A stretch of 64,000 nucleotides of DNA from Candidatus Latescibacterota bacterium (GTDB lineage Bacteria; Latescibacterota; UBA2968; GCA-2709665). The stretch spans positions 1,984,001 through 2,048,000 of the forward strand of contig OZ244744.1 in NCBI GenBank assembly GCA_965219455.1, in the 5' to 3' direction. Shown here piece by piece: positions 49,958 to 60,087 of this stretch (its first letter is position 1; each line of letters opens with the position of its first letter). The notes below the pieces were generated by a model. That model was not told the DNA's origin and ran no database searches. It worked only from the letters and a program-made list of their open reading frames with translations. The translations under genes were made by a program, and so were the position numbers.

Positions 49958-51793
49958 ATGGTGTGGAAAGGTGCCGAGCAGGAGATGAACTGGGATCTGA
50001 CGAGCTATTTCCCGGCGTTCAACGGGCCGGTGATGGCCAGTTTCAAGAAAGCCCTGGAGAGGGATACGCAGGATCTGTTGGGTAAAGCGAGGGCGCTGCC
50101 GCCGCTGGCGGAGGCCAACGTGGATACGTGGGAGGACATCTTCCTCCGAAGCGAGGACCTGTTTATGCGGCTGCGTCATCTCGGATCGTACGTGGGATGT
50201 CTGACGGCGGCCGACGCGCGGAACGAGGCGTATCTGAAGGAGGAAGCCGCCCTGACGCTCCAATACGCCGAGGGTTCAAAACTGCAGACCGAGCTGTTGC
50301 GGGGTTTGAAAACGGCATCCGACTGCAGCTTCGAGACCCTCGCCGGCCGGGAGGCGCTATCGGACGCCGGCCATTTCCTTGGACGGATGCGCCGGGAGGC
50401 GCGGTATACGATGGATTCGGAGCGCGAGGCGCTCGCCGCCGACCTGAGGGTGGACGGTATATCGGCGTGGGGCCGGCTTTACGATACCCTGTCCGGGAAG
50501 CTCGAGTTTGAAATGAGGTTTCCGGATGAACGGACCGAGACCCTGCCCATTTCCCAGCGGCGGTCGTTGATGGAAAATCCGGACCGGCGGGTCCGCAAGG
50601 CTGCATTCGAGGGCGGCAACGCCGCGTGGGAGGGGGTTGAAGACGTAACGGCGGCCGCATTGAATGCGATATCAGGCGCGCGACTCACGTTGAACAAGTA
50701 CCGGGAGGTCCCGCATTTTCTGGAGGTGGCCCTGTTCCAGTCCGCCATTACGCGGAAGACACTGGATGCGATGTTCGAAGCGATATTTTCCGAAATCGAG
50801 GTTGGGCGCCGGATCCTGCGTTTCAGGGCGAAGGCGATGGGCGTGCAAAAGGTTGCCTGGTTTGACCTCGGAGCGCCGCTGTCCTTTTCCGATGTGTCGC
50901 CGATGGATTGGGACGAAGGAAAATCCCTGGTGCAGGGTGCGTTCGCCAGGGCCTATCCGGCCCTGGGGGAGTTTACGCAGGACATGTACGACAGGCGGTG
51001 GATCGACTATGAACCGCGCGCGGGAAAACGTCCGGGTGGTTTTTGTACCGGTTCGTCGATGATCTCGGAGTCGCGGATTTTTATGACGTACAACCGGACA
51101 ATGGGTGACGCACTGACCCTGGCTCACGAGGCCGGACACGCGTTTCACAGCCACGTCATGCGCGATCTGCGTCCGTTTGCGCGGGGGTACCCAATGACGT
51201 TGGCGGAGTCGGCGTCCACGTTCGCGGAGATGATCCTGGCTGACGGGGTCCTTTCGGACCCGGAAGTGGATGATCTACAAAAGGCCGTGGTTCTGGATTC
51301 GGAAGTGGGCCACGCCGGCGCCTATCTCATGGACATTCCGGTGCGGTTTGAGTTTGAAAAGGCGCTTTACGAAGAGCGCGGCAGCGGAGAACTGAGCGTA
51401 TCTCAGTTGAAAGCGCTGATGACCGAAAAGCAGCGGGGTGTATTCGGCGACATGCTTCAGGAGGGGGGCGAGGATCCCTATTTCTGGGCATCCAAGCTGC
51501 ATTTCTACATTACGGGAGTCACGTTTTACAATTTCCCTTATACATTCGGCTATCTGTTGAGCCGGGGTCTGTTTGCGGCGTTCAAGAAGGAAGGCCCGGA
51601 TTTCCTGCCCCGGTACGAGAGGTTTTTGCGTTTAACGGGCAGCGACACAGCTGAAAACGTGGCGAAACGAAGCATCGGCAGTGACCTCGAACAGCCGGAT
51701 TTCTGGGTGCGGGCGATCCGCAGCCTTGAGGCGCCGCTGGCACAACTGGAGGTGCTGTTGCCCCGTGTACTGCCCGCGGGCGACGAGGGATAA
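49958..51793 (+). CDS. pepF: Oligoendopeptidase F (M3B)
   Basis: WDL N-terminus, GKRPGGFC, AHEAGHAFH, LAESAS, FYNFPYTFG. Confidence 0.9.
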   Translation: MVWKGAEQEMNWDLTSYFPAFNGPVMASFKKALERDTQDLLGKARALPPLAEANVDTWEDIFLRSEDLFMRLRHLGSYVGCLTAADARNEAYLKEEAALTLQYAEGSKLQTELLRGLKTASDCSFETLAGREALSDAGHFLGRMRREARYTMDSEREALAADLRVDGISAWGRLYDTLSGKLEFEMRFPDERTETLPISQRRSLMENPDRRVRKAAFEGGNAAWEGVEDVTAAALNAISGARLTLNKYREVPHFLEVALFQSAITRKTLDAMFEAIFSEIEVGRRILRFRAKAMGVQKVAWFDLGAPLSFSDVSPMDWDEGKSLVQGAFARAYPALGEFTQDMYDRRWIDYEPRAGKRPGGFCTGSSMISESRIFMTYNRTMGDALTLAHEAGHAFHSHVMRDLRPFARGYPMTLAESASTFAEMILADGVLSDPEVDDLQKAVVLDSEVGHAGAYLMDIPVRFEFEKALYEERGSGELSVSQLKALMTEKQRGVFGDMLQEGGEDPYFWASKLHFYITGVTFYNFPYTFGYLLSRGLFAAFKKEGPDFLPRYERFLRLTGSDTAENVAKRSIGSDLEQPDFWVRAIRSLEAPLAQLEVLLPRVLPAGDEG

Positions 51794-51846
51794 TCGTTGG
51801 CGTTCAGACCGTCGTGGTGCCTGGAAATCACAGAGAGGAAGAGGAG

Positions 51847-52833
51847 ATGGGCGACAACGTTCGTTGGGGCATCCTGAGCACGGGATCCATTGCAAGGTCG
51901 TTCGCGAAGGGCCTCGAGGCGGTTCCCGGCGCGGAACTGGTCGCCGTGGGTTCACGGACGCAGGAAGCGGCGGATGCATTCGGAGACGAATTCGGCATTC
52001 CGCGGCGGCTCCCGAGCTACGCGGCCCTGGCGAACGATCCGGACGTGGACGTTATCTACGTTGCCACGCCCCATTCACTCCACAAGGAGAACAGCATCCT
52101 GTGTCTCAAGGCGGGCAAACCGGTATTGTGCGAGAAGCCCTTCACGATCAATCGTTCGGAGGCGGCGGAAGTCGTTGCGGTTGCGCGTGAAGAAGGGCTT
52201 TTTCTGATGGAAGCCATGTGGACGCGCTTCCTGCCGATTATGTACCAGGTGAGGCAGTGGTTGCGCGACGACGCCATCGGCGATGTCCGTCTGGTTTCGG
52301 CGGACTTCGGGTTTGGATCCAGTCCCGGCACGACAAAGTCCCGCCTCTACGATCCGGCCCTGGGCGGCGGCGCGCTGATGGACGTGGGGATCTACTCTCT
52401 GTCGTTCGCGTCCATGGTGTTCCGGCGCGAGCCGTCGAGGGTTCTGAGTATGGCGCACATCGGGAAGTTGGCGGTGGACGAACAGGCCGGGATGATGCTC
52501 GGGTACGACGCGGGAGAGATGGCGATGCTGTTTACGTCGATCCAGTGCAGCACGACTCACTGGGCTCATATTATGGGTACCAAAGGGATGATCCGCATTC
52601 ATCCGCCGTACTGGCGTGGAACGACCGCGACGCTGGTGAGAAACGGCAAGGAGACGGTCGTCGAGCGCCGGTACGATGGGAATGGTTACAACTGCCAGGC
52701 CGAAGCGGTGGGACGTTATTTGCGTGACGGGAAACTGGAAAGCGACGTCATTCCTCTGGATGAGACCGTTGCGATTATGGGTACGATGGATACGGTTCGG
52801 GATCGGATAGGGCTGAAATTCCCGATGGAATAA
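51847..52833 (+). CDS. Gfo/Idh/MocA family oxidoreductase
   Basis: WGILSTGSIA, CEKP, EAMW, GGGALMDVGIY. Confidence 0.92.
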   Translation: MGDNVRWGILSTGSIARSFAKGLEAVPGAELVAVGSRTQEAADAFGDEFGIPRRLPSYAALANDPDVDVIYVATPHSLHKENSILCLKAGKPVLCEKPFTINRSEAAEVVAVAREEGLFLMEAMWTRFLPIMYQVRQWLRDDAIGDVRLVSADFGFGSSPGTTKSRLYDPALGGGALMDVGIYSLSFASMVFRREPSRVLSMAHIGKLAVDEQAGMMLGYDAGEMAMLFTSIQCSTTHWAHIMGTKGMIRIHPPYWRGTTATLVRNGKETVVERRYDGNGYNCQAEAVGRYLRDGKLESDVIPLDETVAIMGTMDTVRDRIGLKFPME

Positions 52834-52871
52834 ACGTGGAAACATAGTGCCACGGGCTATACCCTGGTTTT

Positions 52872-52968
52872 CCTCCCCCTTTCCTTTAGGAGAGGGGGCC
52901 GGGGGGAGAGGTCCGAGGACGGCTGAACGCTGATACCTGTTTTTCCTGACCGCTGATCGCTGGCGGCC
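52872..52968. repeat. REP-like hairpin plus GCTGA heptamer repeats
   Basis: CCCCCTTTCCTTTAGGAGAGGGGG stem, then GCTGAAC/GCTGATA/CTGACC/GCTGATC units; similar units on the opposite strand at 18278-18303. Confidence 0.5.
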
Positions 52969-53021
52969 AGGAATTGTGACGCGATACATACCATTTATAA
53001 TATTATTATACTAAATTAAAT

Positions 53022-54002
53022 ATGGAGAAACCGATGAAGTATGGGCGCGTTGAAGGGATTGACACGCCGGTTTCCCGGCTCGTTCAGGGCACGTTGATGC
53101 TGTCGACGGACGACCTGGAGGCGAACATCGGGTTTCTTGACGGGATCCTGGCGCTGGGTTGCAACAGTTTCGATACCGCGCAGATATATGGAAACGGACA
53201 GGCGGAGCGTACGCTGGGTGCCTGGATGGATCGACGCGGCAATCGAAGCGACGTATTCATTCTGAGCAAGGGCGGCCATCCCAATGCGGACCGCCGTCGG
53301 GTGACGGTGTTCGACGTGGCGTCCGATCTGTTTGATTCCCTGGCTCGGCTCAGGACGGATTACATCGACCTCTACCTGCTTCATCGGGACGATCCGGAGT
53401 TGCCGGTGGGGCCGCTCGTGGAGGCGCTGAACGAGCACATGTCCGAAGGGCGCATCCGGGCGTTCGGCGGATCCAACTGGTCGGTGAAGCGCATCGATGA
53501 AGCGAATTTATATGCGCAGAATCACGGCCTGAGGCCCTTCGTGGCCAGCAGTCCGAATTTCAGCCTCGCCGTGCGCATGAAAGAGATCTGGGAGGGCTGT
53601 CTGAGTATCTCCGGTCCTCGAGGGGCCGAGGAACGCGCCTGGTACCGGAAATCGCAGATGCCCGTGTTTTCCTGGTCCAGCCTGGCGCAGGGCTTTTTCT
53701 CCGGACTCCTTTCGCGCGGGAACGTCACGGAGATGGCGAATGAAATGACGGAAGGGTGCGCACAGGTCTACGGATACGAGGAGAACTTCAAGCGGCTGGA
53801 CCGCGCGGTCGAACTTGCCAACGAGCGAGGAAAGACCGTGGCGCAGGTCGCGCTCGCGTTTCTCTTCAACCAGCCTCTGAACGTCTTCACTGTGTCGGGC
53901 TGCAGGTCGGTCGAGGAAAGCCGTCTGAACCAGGAGGCCATGGAAATCCGGCTTTCGCCGGAGGAACTGGACTGGCTGGATCTGCGACGGGACAGCCGAT
54001 GA
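53022..54002 (+). CDS. Aldo/keto reductase
   Basis: FDTAQIYG, SKGG, DYIDLYLLHRD, GGSNW, WSSLAQG. Confidence 0.92.
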   Translation: MEKPMKYGRVEGIDTPVSRLVQGTLMLSTDDLEANIGFLDGILALGCNSFDTAQIYGNGQAERTLGAWMDRRGNRSDVFILSKGGHPNADRRRVTVFDVASDLFDSLARLRTDYIDLYLLHRDDPELPVGPLVEALNEHMSEGRIRAFGGSNWSVKRIDEANLYAQNHGLRPFVASSPNFSLAVRMKEIWEGCLSISGPRGAEERAWYRKSQMPVFSWSSLAQGFFSGLLSRGNVTEMANEMTEGCAQVYGYEENFKRLDRAVELANERGKTVAQVALAFLFNQPLNVFTVSGCRSVEESRLNQEAMEIRLSPEELDWLDLRRDSR

Positions 54003-54157
54003 CGGATAACGTGCAACCGGAGATGGATCTATTCGTCTAAATCCTCAGGATCGGTTTCGTGTCGAAAAACGGGCAGGGTATCCGAGGATCCCGAACCGGT
54101 TTTCCAGGAAATATCCGGCCGAACTGCAAAAAAGCGTCTCCTGCGGCGCTTTGGGCT

Positions 54158-54187
54158 TGACACAAATAGGCAATAGGGCTAAATATT
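54158..54187 (+). promoter_or_regulatory. Possible sigma70 promoter of the REC-GDH/kinase pair
   Basis: Perfect TTGACA followed 17 nt later by a weak -10 (TAAATAT). Confidence 0.35.
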
Positions 54188-54242
54188 CGATGTATCATGG
54201 TCGGACCTCAATCACGCATGGATTTGCGCGGGCAATGGAACG

Positions 54243-55892
54243 ATGCCAGGGACAAATTTGAAAACGTTGTTGATTGAAGACAACCCACTGCACACGCGGC
54301 TGATCCGAGAACTGCTCGCCGAGTCAAAGAGCCCGGAATTCGAGGTGGATGCGGCGGATACGCTCACGGAAGGGCTGAACCGGCTTTCAGCGGACGATCA
54401 CGAGTTGCTGCTACTGGACCTGGTGCTCCCCGACAGCGAGGACCTGGACACCTACTACCGCGTGCGCGCCGCATATCCGGACCTGACGGTTGTGATCCTT
54501 TCCAGCATGAAGGATATCAAACTGGCGGCCCGTGCCGTCGAAGCGGGGGCGCAGGATTATCTGGTCAAGTCCCAATTGAACGGCCCCCTTCTGGTACGGT
54601 CGATCCGATACGCCGTAGAACGCAGCCGGGCACTGCACGCCGAATGGGAGTCGCCGATGTTCCGGCTGGCGCAGCAACAGTTTCTGAAGGCCGCCCACCT
54701 GATGGAACTGGACGACAACATCCGGCAGCGGCTTTTGTTTCCCCAGCGTACCCACATGGTCACCTTTCCGTTCCGGCGCGACGAGCACGAGTACGTGGAA
54801 ACGGTCTCGGGTTATCGGATCCAGCATCTGTTGACGATGGGACCCACCAAGGGCGGCGTGCGTTACCATCACGACGTGAACCTGGGCGAGGTGACCGCCC
54901 TGGCGATGTGGATGACCTGGAAGTGCGCCCTGATGAACCTGCCGTTTGGCGGCGCCAAAGGGGGCGTGAGGATTGATCCGACCGTACTCTCACGCTCCGA
55001 ACTGCAGCGCCTGACGCGTCGCTATACGTCGGAGATCATCGACGTTATCGGACCACAGAAGGATATCCCTGCGCCGGATATGGGCACCGACGAACACGTG
55101 ATGGCCTGGATGATGGACACATACAGCCACCAGATGGGACATACCGTGCCGGCGGTCGTGACCGGCAAACCGGTGGTGCTGGGCGGCTCCGAAGGACGCC
55201 GCGAGGCGACGGGACGGGGGTTGGTGTATCTGGTGGAGGAGGCGGCCAAACATATCGGGATGGACCTGCGCCGTGCGACCGCCGTCGTCCAGGGGTTTGG
55301 AAACGTGGGAAGCAATGCGGCGAGATTCCTGGAAGCCTGCGGGGTCAAACTCGTGGGCGTCAGTGACGTGACCACCGGCATTTACAACCCCGATGGTCTT
55401 TCCTTGGATTCGCTGCTGCAACACACGGAAGAAAACCGGTTTCTGGAAGGTTACGCCGGCGGAGATGCCGTGAGCAATCAGGAATTGCTCGAGATACCGT
55501 GCGACATTCTAGTACCCGCAGCCCTGCAGAATCAGATCACAGCGGACAATGCCGAACGGATCACGTGCAGGATCCTGGCCGAAGGCGCCAACGGCCCCAC
55601 CACACTAGAGGCGGACGAGATTCTGCAGGAAAAGGGGACCTTTATCCTGCCGGACGTGCTCGGCAATGCCGGAGGGGTTACGGTTTCCTATTTCGAATGG
55701 GTGCAGGATACGCAGAATTACATGTGGACGCTGGAGGAGATCAACGATAAACTCCGGAAGATTCTGCTCCACGCGTTCCAACGGACCATGCGAAGATCGC
55801 AACGGGACGGGCTGGATATCCGTACGGCGGCGCTCATTGAAGGGATCCACCGTGTAACGCAGGCGAAACTCCTGAGGGGTATCTTCCCATAG
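54243..55892 (+). CDS. Response-regulator receiver fused to Glu/Leu/Phe/Val (glutamate) dehydrogenase
   Basis: REC: LLIEDN, LLLLDLVLPD, ILSS, DYLVK. GDH: GPTKGGVRY, MTWKCAL, GGAKGG, DIPAPD, VTGKP, QGFGNVG, EGANGP, NAGGVTVSYFEW. Confidence 0.92.
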   Translation: MPGTNLKTLLIEDNPLHTRLIRELLAESKSPEFEVDAADTLTEGLNRLSADDHELLLLDLVLPDSEDLDTYYRVRAAYPDLTVVILSSMKDIKLAARAVEAGAQDYLVKSQLNGPLLVRSIRYAVERSRALHAEWESPMFRLAQQQFLKAAHLMELDDNIRQRLLFPQRTHMVTFPFRRDEHEYVETVSGYRIQHLLTMGPTKGGVRYHHDVNLGEVTALAMWMTWKCALMNLPFGGAKGGVRIDPTVLSRSELQRLTRRYTSEIIDVIGPQKDIPAPDMGTDEHVMAWMMDTYSHQMGHTVPAVVTGKPVVLGGSEGRREATGRGLVYLVEEAAKHIGMDLRRATAVVQGFGNVGSNAARFLEACGVKLVGVSDVTTGIYNPDGLSLDSLLQHTEENRFLEGYAGGDAVSNQELLEIPCDILVPAALQNQITADNAERITCRILAEGANGPTTLEADEILQEKGTFILPDVLGNAGGVTVSYFEWVQDTQNYMWTLEEINDKLRKILLHAFQRTMRRSQRDGLDIRTAALIEGIHRVTQAKLLRGIFP

Positions 55893-56055
55893 TGTCCCGT
55901 CCCAGAAATATGTTACCATTCATCCGCCGATTCATCCCGTCTCGCTACGTTGCCTTCGCTCGCCGACCTTGGGCAGGGCGCCTTGCTCAGGCGCCTTGCC
56001 AGCCGGGCGACTCGGCGGCCGAATTTCGGCAATCTATTTCTGGGACAGAACAATA
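55890..56055 (+). mobile_element. MITE-like element, copy B
   Basis: TAGTGTCCCGTCCCAGAAATA ... TATTTCTGGGACAGAACAATA inverted ends; 59/60 match of one end to 18362-18421. Confidence 0.72.
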
Positions 56056-56067
56056 GGAAGGTCTGAA

Positions 56068-59000
56068 ATGGACGATTATGCCGACCCGCGTCTGGTGCGG
56101 CTGGCCGCGATAGCCGCGCAAACGGCGAATCTTATCGTTGTAATGCTGTCCCTCCTGGTTCTCTGCGGATGGCTGGTCAGCGCACCCGTCGCCGAATGGA
56201 TGTCTCTATTGACGGCGGGGATGTTCGTACTCACGGGCGTGGCGCTGTGGCTGCTGCGCAGCGGGAGGTCGTCCGACAGGCGGCAGTTCCTGGGGAAGGC
56301 AATCGGCGCCGTGGTGGTGGTCTTCGCGTTTCTGGAAATGGTTGGTGCGGGCCCCGTATTTATCGGTTTCGAGGCCGGCGCGGGGCATATGTTGCGCGAT
56401 GAGGCGTGTAATTTCGCCCTGATCGGTCTGGCCTTGTTTCTCTGGCGATTTAAAATCAGAGGAAGCGCATGGCCGGCGCTGACGTGTCTGTCTGTCGCTT
56501 CAATCGTATCGATCGGTTATGCAATTGGACATTTTTACCTGACGCTCTCGCCCCGGGAAGTGACATGGGATATTCAGATGAGCGCCGTCACAACGCTCAC
56601 ATTCGGCCTGCTGTGCATTGGCCTGTTTTTATCCCGACCGGACCTGGAACCAACGACAACCATCGTCAGCTCGACCGCTGGCGGTTCGATGGCGCGCCGG
56701 TTGCTGCCTCCCGCTTTCCTGATTCCGCTGGCTCTGGGCTGGCTCTGGCCTCACAGCGAAGTGATATTGGGCTTCGAATCCGGAATGTCTCTGTTCTCCC
56801 TGGGGGTGATCGTAGCGCTGAACATTCTGATCTGGTGGTACGCCCGGTCGCTCGCGTATCTGGACTCCGAACGGAAGCGCTCAGAACAGGCATTGCGTGA
56901 GAGCGAAGCCCGGCTCAAGCTGGCAATGGAAGCCGCCCACATGGGGAGTTGGGATTCCAACCTGCTGACCGGAGAACTGGTCTGGTCGGATCTGGTGGCG
57001 CCGTTGTTCGGCCTTAAACCGGAAGTGTTCGAAGGTACGCGCGAGGCGTTCTATGGACTCGTGCACCCCGAAGACCGGGCGATGGTTCGCAGTGCGGTGC
57101 GGCGCACGATCAGGGAAGGGGTGGATTTCGAGGTCGAGCACCGGGTTGTATGGCCGGACGGGACGGTTCGGTGGCTGGGAAATAAAGGCCGCGTTTTCGG
57201 CGACGGCGCGGGGCAGTATGTACATATGATTGGTACGGTGCGGGATATCACGCTACGCAAGCGAACCGAGATACAGCTGCAGGAAAAGAACCGGCAACTC
57301 GAGAAAACCGCGGCTGCCGAGCGTGAAGCGAACGAAGCGCTGAAGAAGAGCTCGGTCGCCCTGGAGCGTTCAAGGGCGGAGCTGCAGAAAGCAAAAGACG
57401 CCGCGGAAAAGGCGAATCGCGCAAAAAGCGAGTTTCTGGCCAATATGAGCCACGAGATCCGTACGCCGATGAATGGCATCATGGGCATGACGGAGCTTCT
57501 GGGCAACACGGAGTTGACGCCTCAACAGCGCGAGTATCTCAAGTTGAGCAGGCAGTCTTCGGAGGCCTTACTGGCACTTCTGAACGATATTCTCGATTTC
57601 TCCAAACTCGAGGTGGACCGGCTGGAACTGGAGGCGATCGGCTTCGACCTCCGCGATACGCTGGGGGACACCGTTCAGACCCTTGCGGTTAAAGCCACAC
57701 AGAAGGGGCTGGAACTGGCGTGCCATATTGCACCGGAGGTTCCGGACAGGCTGGTGGGGGACCCGGGCCGTTTGCGGCAGATCGTGATCAACCTGGTGGA
57801 CAACGCCATAAAGTTCACGGAGAAAGGCGACGTGCTGGTTGACGTAAAGGTGGACGCACGGGAGGAAGAGAAGCTCTGTCTGAGGTTCTTTGTTCGGGAT
57901 ACCGGCATCGGGATCGCACCCGAAGATCGGCGGATCATTTTCGACTCTTTCAGCCAGGTAGACTCTTCTACTTCCCGGCGGTTTGGAGGAACGGGGCTGG
58001 GCCTGGCGATTTCATCCCAACTGGCCACGATGATGGGTGGACGCATGTGGGTGGAGAGCGCGCATGACAAAGGGAGCACGTTTTATTTCACAGCGCTCTT
58101 CGAGGCCCAACCCCAGCCGGCGAAGCGGTCGGCGGCCGATCTCCAGTCCCTGGTGGGTCTCCGGGCGCTGGTGGTGGATAACAACCGTACAAACCGGTTT
58201 ATCTTCGAGGAGATGCTGGGAACCTGGGGTATGAAAATTGACGTGGCGGATTCGGGGCCGGCCGCGCTCGAGACACTGCGGGAGGCTGGCGAGGCGGATT
58301 CGCCGTTCCACCTTTTCTTACTGGACGCAATGATGCCCGGTATGGACGGGTTCGCGCTGGCCGAGCGAATACGCCGGGATCCGGATGTGAAAAACGTACC
58401 GATTCTGATACTTTCGTCCGCGGGAAGAACACGCGACGCGGTGCGATGTGACGCCTTGGGGCTTGCGCGATGTCTGACAAAGCCGGTCAAGCAGTCCGAC
58501 CTGCTCGATGCCGCGCTGGCAGCCCTGAACGTAAGCGTTATCGAGCCCGTAGATATCGCAAAGATTGCGGAACCGTTGCCGCCCGCCCATAGGCGCCGCG
58601 TCCTGTTGGCAGAGGACGGCATGGTCAACCAGAAGGTGATTGTGGACCTGCTCGGGCCGCGCGGGCACCAGGTTACCGCCGTCAACAACGGCAAGGAAGT
58701 ACTCGCGGCGCTGGAGAACGACACATTCGACCTGATCCTGATGGATATTCAGATGCCGGAGATGGATGGGTTGGAGGCAACACGGATTATCAGGGAACGG
58801 GAAACGTCGACGGGGGCGCATATTCGAATTGCGGCGATGACGGCCCACGTGATGCAGGGAGACCGAGAGCGGTGTCTGGAACAGGGGATGGACGACTACC
58901 TTTCCAAGCCGATCCGGGCGGGACATCTCTTCGATGTTGTGGAGAATAACGGCTCATCCGGCAGCGTATCGCAGGCGGAGCCCGGCGATGATGCTGTCGC

Positions 59001-59340
59001 TCTGGATTGGCAGGGAGCCCTGGAACAGGTTGGCGGCAACGAGGCGCTTCTGGGTGAACTGGCCGGCCTGTTTGTTACGGAGTACGCGAAGCACCTTGAA
59101 GAAATGAAACGGGCGATCGCAAACGGTGATGGATCGCGGCTGCGGCGCGCGGCCCACACACTGAAGGGGTCGGCGGCTATTTTCCTTGCCGATCCGACCG
59201 TCGAGGCGGCGTTGCGGCTGGAAACCATGGCGCGCGAAGGGGATCTTGAAGACGCGAATGAAGCGCTCGCCGCGCTGGAACGGGCAGCGGACGGGTTGCT
59301 GCCGGCGCTGAAAGAAAAAGCTGCCGCGGTTGTTGCGTAG
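56068..59340 (+). CDS. Membrane hybrid sensor histidine kinase (TM-PAS-HisKA-HATPase-REC-REC-Hpt)
   Basis: Multi-TM N-terminus; PAS VHPEDR..WPDG; FLANMSHEIRTPMNG; NAIKFT, DTGIG, GGTGLGL; two receivers; AAHTLKGS. Confidence 0.95.
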   Translation: MDDYADPRLVRLAAIAAQTANLIVVMLSLLVLCGWLVSAPVAEWMSLLTAGMFVLTGVALWLLRSGRSSDRRQFLGKAIGAVVVVFAFLEMVGAGPVFIGFEAGAGHMLRDEACNFALIGLALFLWRFKIRGSAWPALTCLSVASIVSIGYAIGHFYLTLSPREVTWDIQMSAVTTLTFGLLCIGLFLSRPDLEPTTTIVSSTAGGSMARRLLPPAFLIPLALGWLWPHSEVILGFESGMSLFSLGVIVALNILIWWYARSLAYLDSERKRSEQALRESEARLKLAMEAAHMGSWDSNLLTGELVWSDLVAPLFGLKPEVFEGTREAFYGLVHPEDRAMVRSAVRRTIREGVDFEVEHRVVWPDGTVRWLGNKGRVFGDGAGQYVHMIGTVRDITLRKRTEIQLQEKNRQLEKTAAAEREANEALKKSSVALERSRAELQKAKDAAEKANRAKSEFLANMSHEIRTPMNGIMGMTELLGNTELTPQQREYLKLSRQSSEALLALLNDILDFSKLEVDRLELEAIGFDLRDTLGDTVQTLAVKATQKGLELACHIAPEVPDRLVGDPGRLRQIVINLVDNAIKFTEKGDVLVDVKVDAREEEKLCLRFFVRDTGIGIAPEDRRIIFDSFSQVDSSTSRRFGGTGLGLAISSQLATMMGGRMWVESAHDKGSTFYFTALFEAQPQPAKRSAADLQSLVGLRALVVDNNRTNRFIFEEMLGTWGMKIDVADSGPAALETLREAGEADSPFHLFLLDAMMPGMDGFALAERIRRDPDVKNVPILILSSAGRTRDAVRCDALGLARCLTKPVKQSDLLDAALAALNVSVIEPVDIAKIAEPLPPAHRRRVLLAEDGMVNQKVIVDLLGPRGHQVTAVNNGKEVLAALENDTFDLILMDIQMPEMDGLEATRIIRERETSTGAHIRIAAMTAHVMQGDRERCLEQGMDDYLSKPIRAGHLFDVVENNGSSGSVSQAEPGDDAVALDWQGALEQVGGNEALLGELAGLFVTEYAKHLEEMKRAIANGDGSRLRRAAHTLKGSAAIFLADPTVEAALRLETMAREGDLEDANEALAALERAADGLLPALKEKAAAVVA

Positions 59341-59351
59341 TGGATCGAATG

Positions 59352-59536
59352 CGGAGTCCGCCGGTTGCATTGATGACGAGAAAGCAGATTGGTTTTAACT
59401 AAAGATGATGCCCCCTTTGGGGGCATCTTTTGGTATATTGGGAATGCGAACACTACCTTTGACGTGTCCCCAACCATTCACGGATCCTCAGAATTGGTGC
59501 GCATTTACGTAAAGGTTCCATAACACCGAATTTATG
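59352..59536 (+). repeat. Dispersed intergenic repeat, copy 1
   Basis: CGGAG..GCATTGATGA..GCAGATTGGTTTTAA..GATGCCCCCTTTGGGGGCAT..TTGGTATATTGGGAAT..GATCCTCAGA..CGTAAAGGTTC; shared with copies 2 and 3. Confidence 0.8.
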
Positions 59537-59696
59537 AGTGGATTCAGCGCATCTGGAAAATATCTCGTGCTGCTTAATTCAACATTCCAGATCGCAAGAA
59601 ATATGGAGGTCTCCCTCTGTGCTTCTTTTTTCGCGAATCCATCATCTTCCACCCCCGCACAATGGCTTATCGAACCTTAGAGGAAGCGTGTGTGAA

Positions 59697-60000
59697 GGTG
59701 GGGCAGACATTCCTGTCTGCCATTCTCATTGTCCTTCTGCCGCAATACAACCAGAAGAAATGCTTGCGCCGCCGTTATGGAGCCAATACTCGTCGTCGCG
59801 CTTGAGCCACATCTCAAGCACTTCGTGGAAGGTACGGCGTGTGGCCACGGGCGATCGCATCAGCCAGGCGAAAGGTGATCCAATAGATAGTGTCGTCCTT
59901 TTCCAATGGGGGAGACAGCTGCGAGTCGTGGCGTGCCAGTACACAGGATTCCGAGGTTCCGGTTTGAAGTATATGAGCAGACAGGAATGTCTGCTCCACC
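59697..60000 (-). pseudogene. Decayed RAYT (REP-associated tyrosine transposase) N-terminal fragment between inverted REPs
   Basis: Frameshifted LPHW / TIYWITFRLADAI; flanked by GGTGG(G/A)GCAGACATTCCTGTCTGC in inverted orientation at 59697-59721 and 59975-60000. Confidence 0.7.
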
Positions 60001-60087
60001 TTTTCAAGCCTACCCTTCCTGCCAATAAAGTGTGAGGCAACTTTCCCTCCGAGTTTGATTTAGAATATTGGGCCGAGCGGAGAATCT

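Noticed and set aside
59506-59542. GGTGCGCAT resembling the E. coli dif XerC arm
   Set aside because: Not followed by a correctly spaced TTATGTTAAAT arm and not conserved in copy 3; not called as chromosomal dif
59538-60040. Track ORFs of 165 aa (+) and 104 aa (-)
   Set aside because: They read through REP palindromes and the decayed transposase fragment; unlikely to be real proteins
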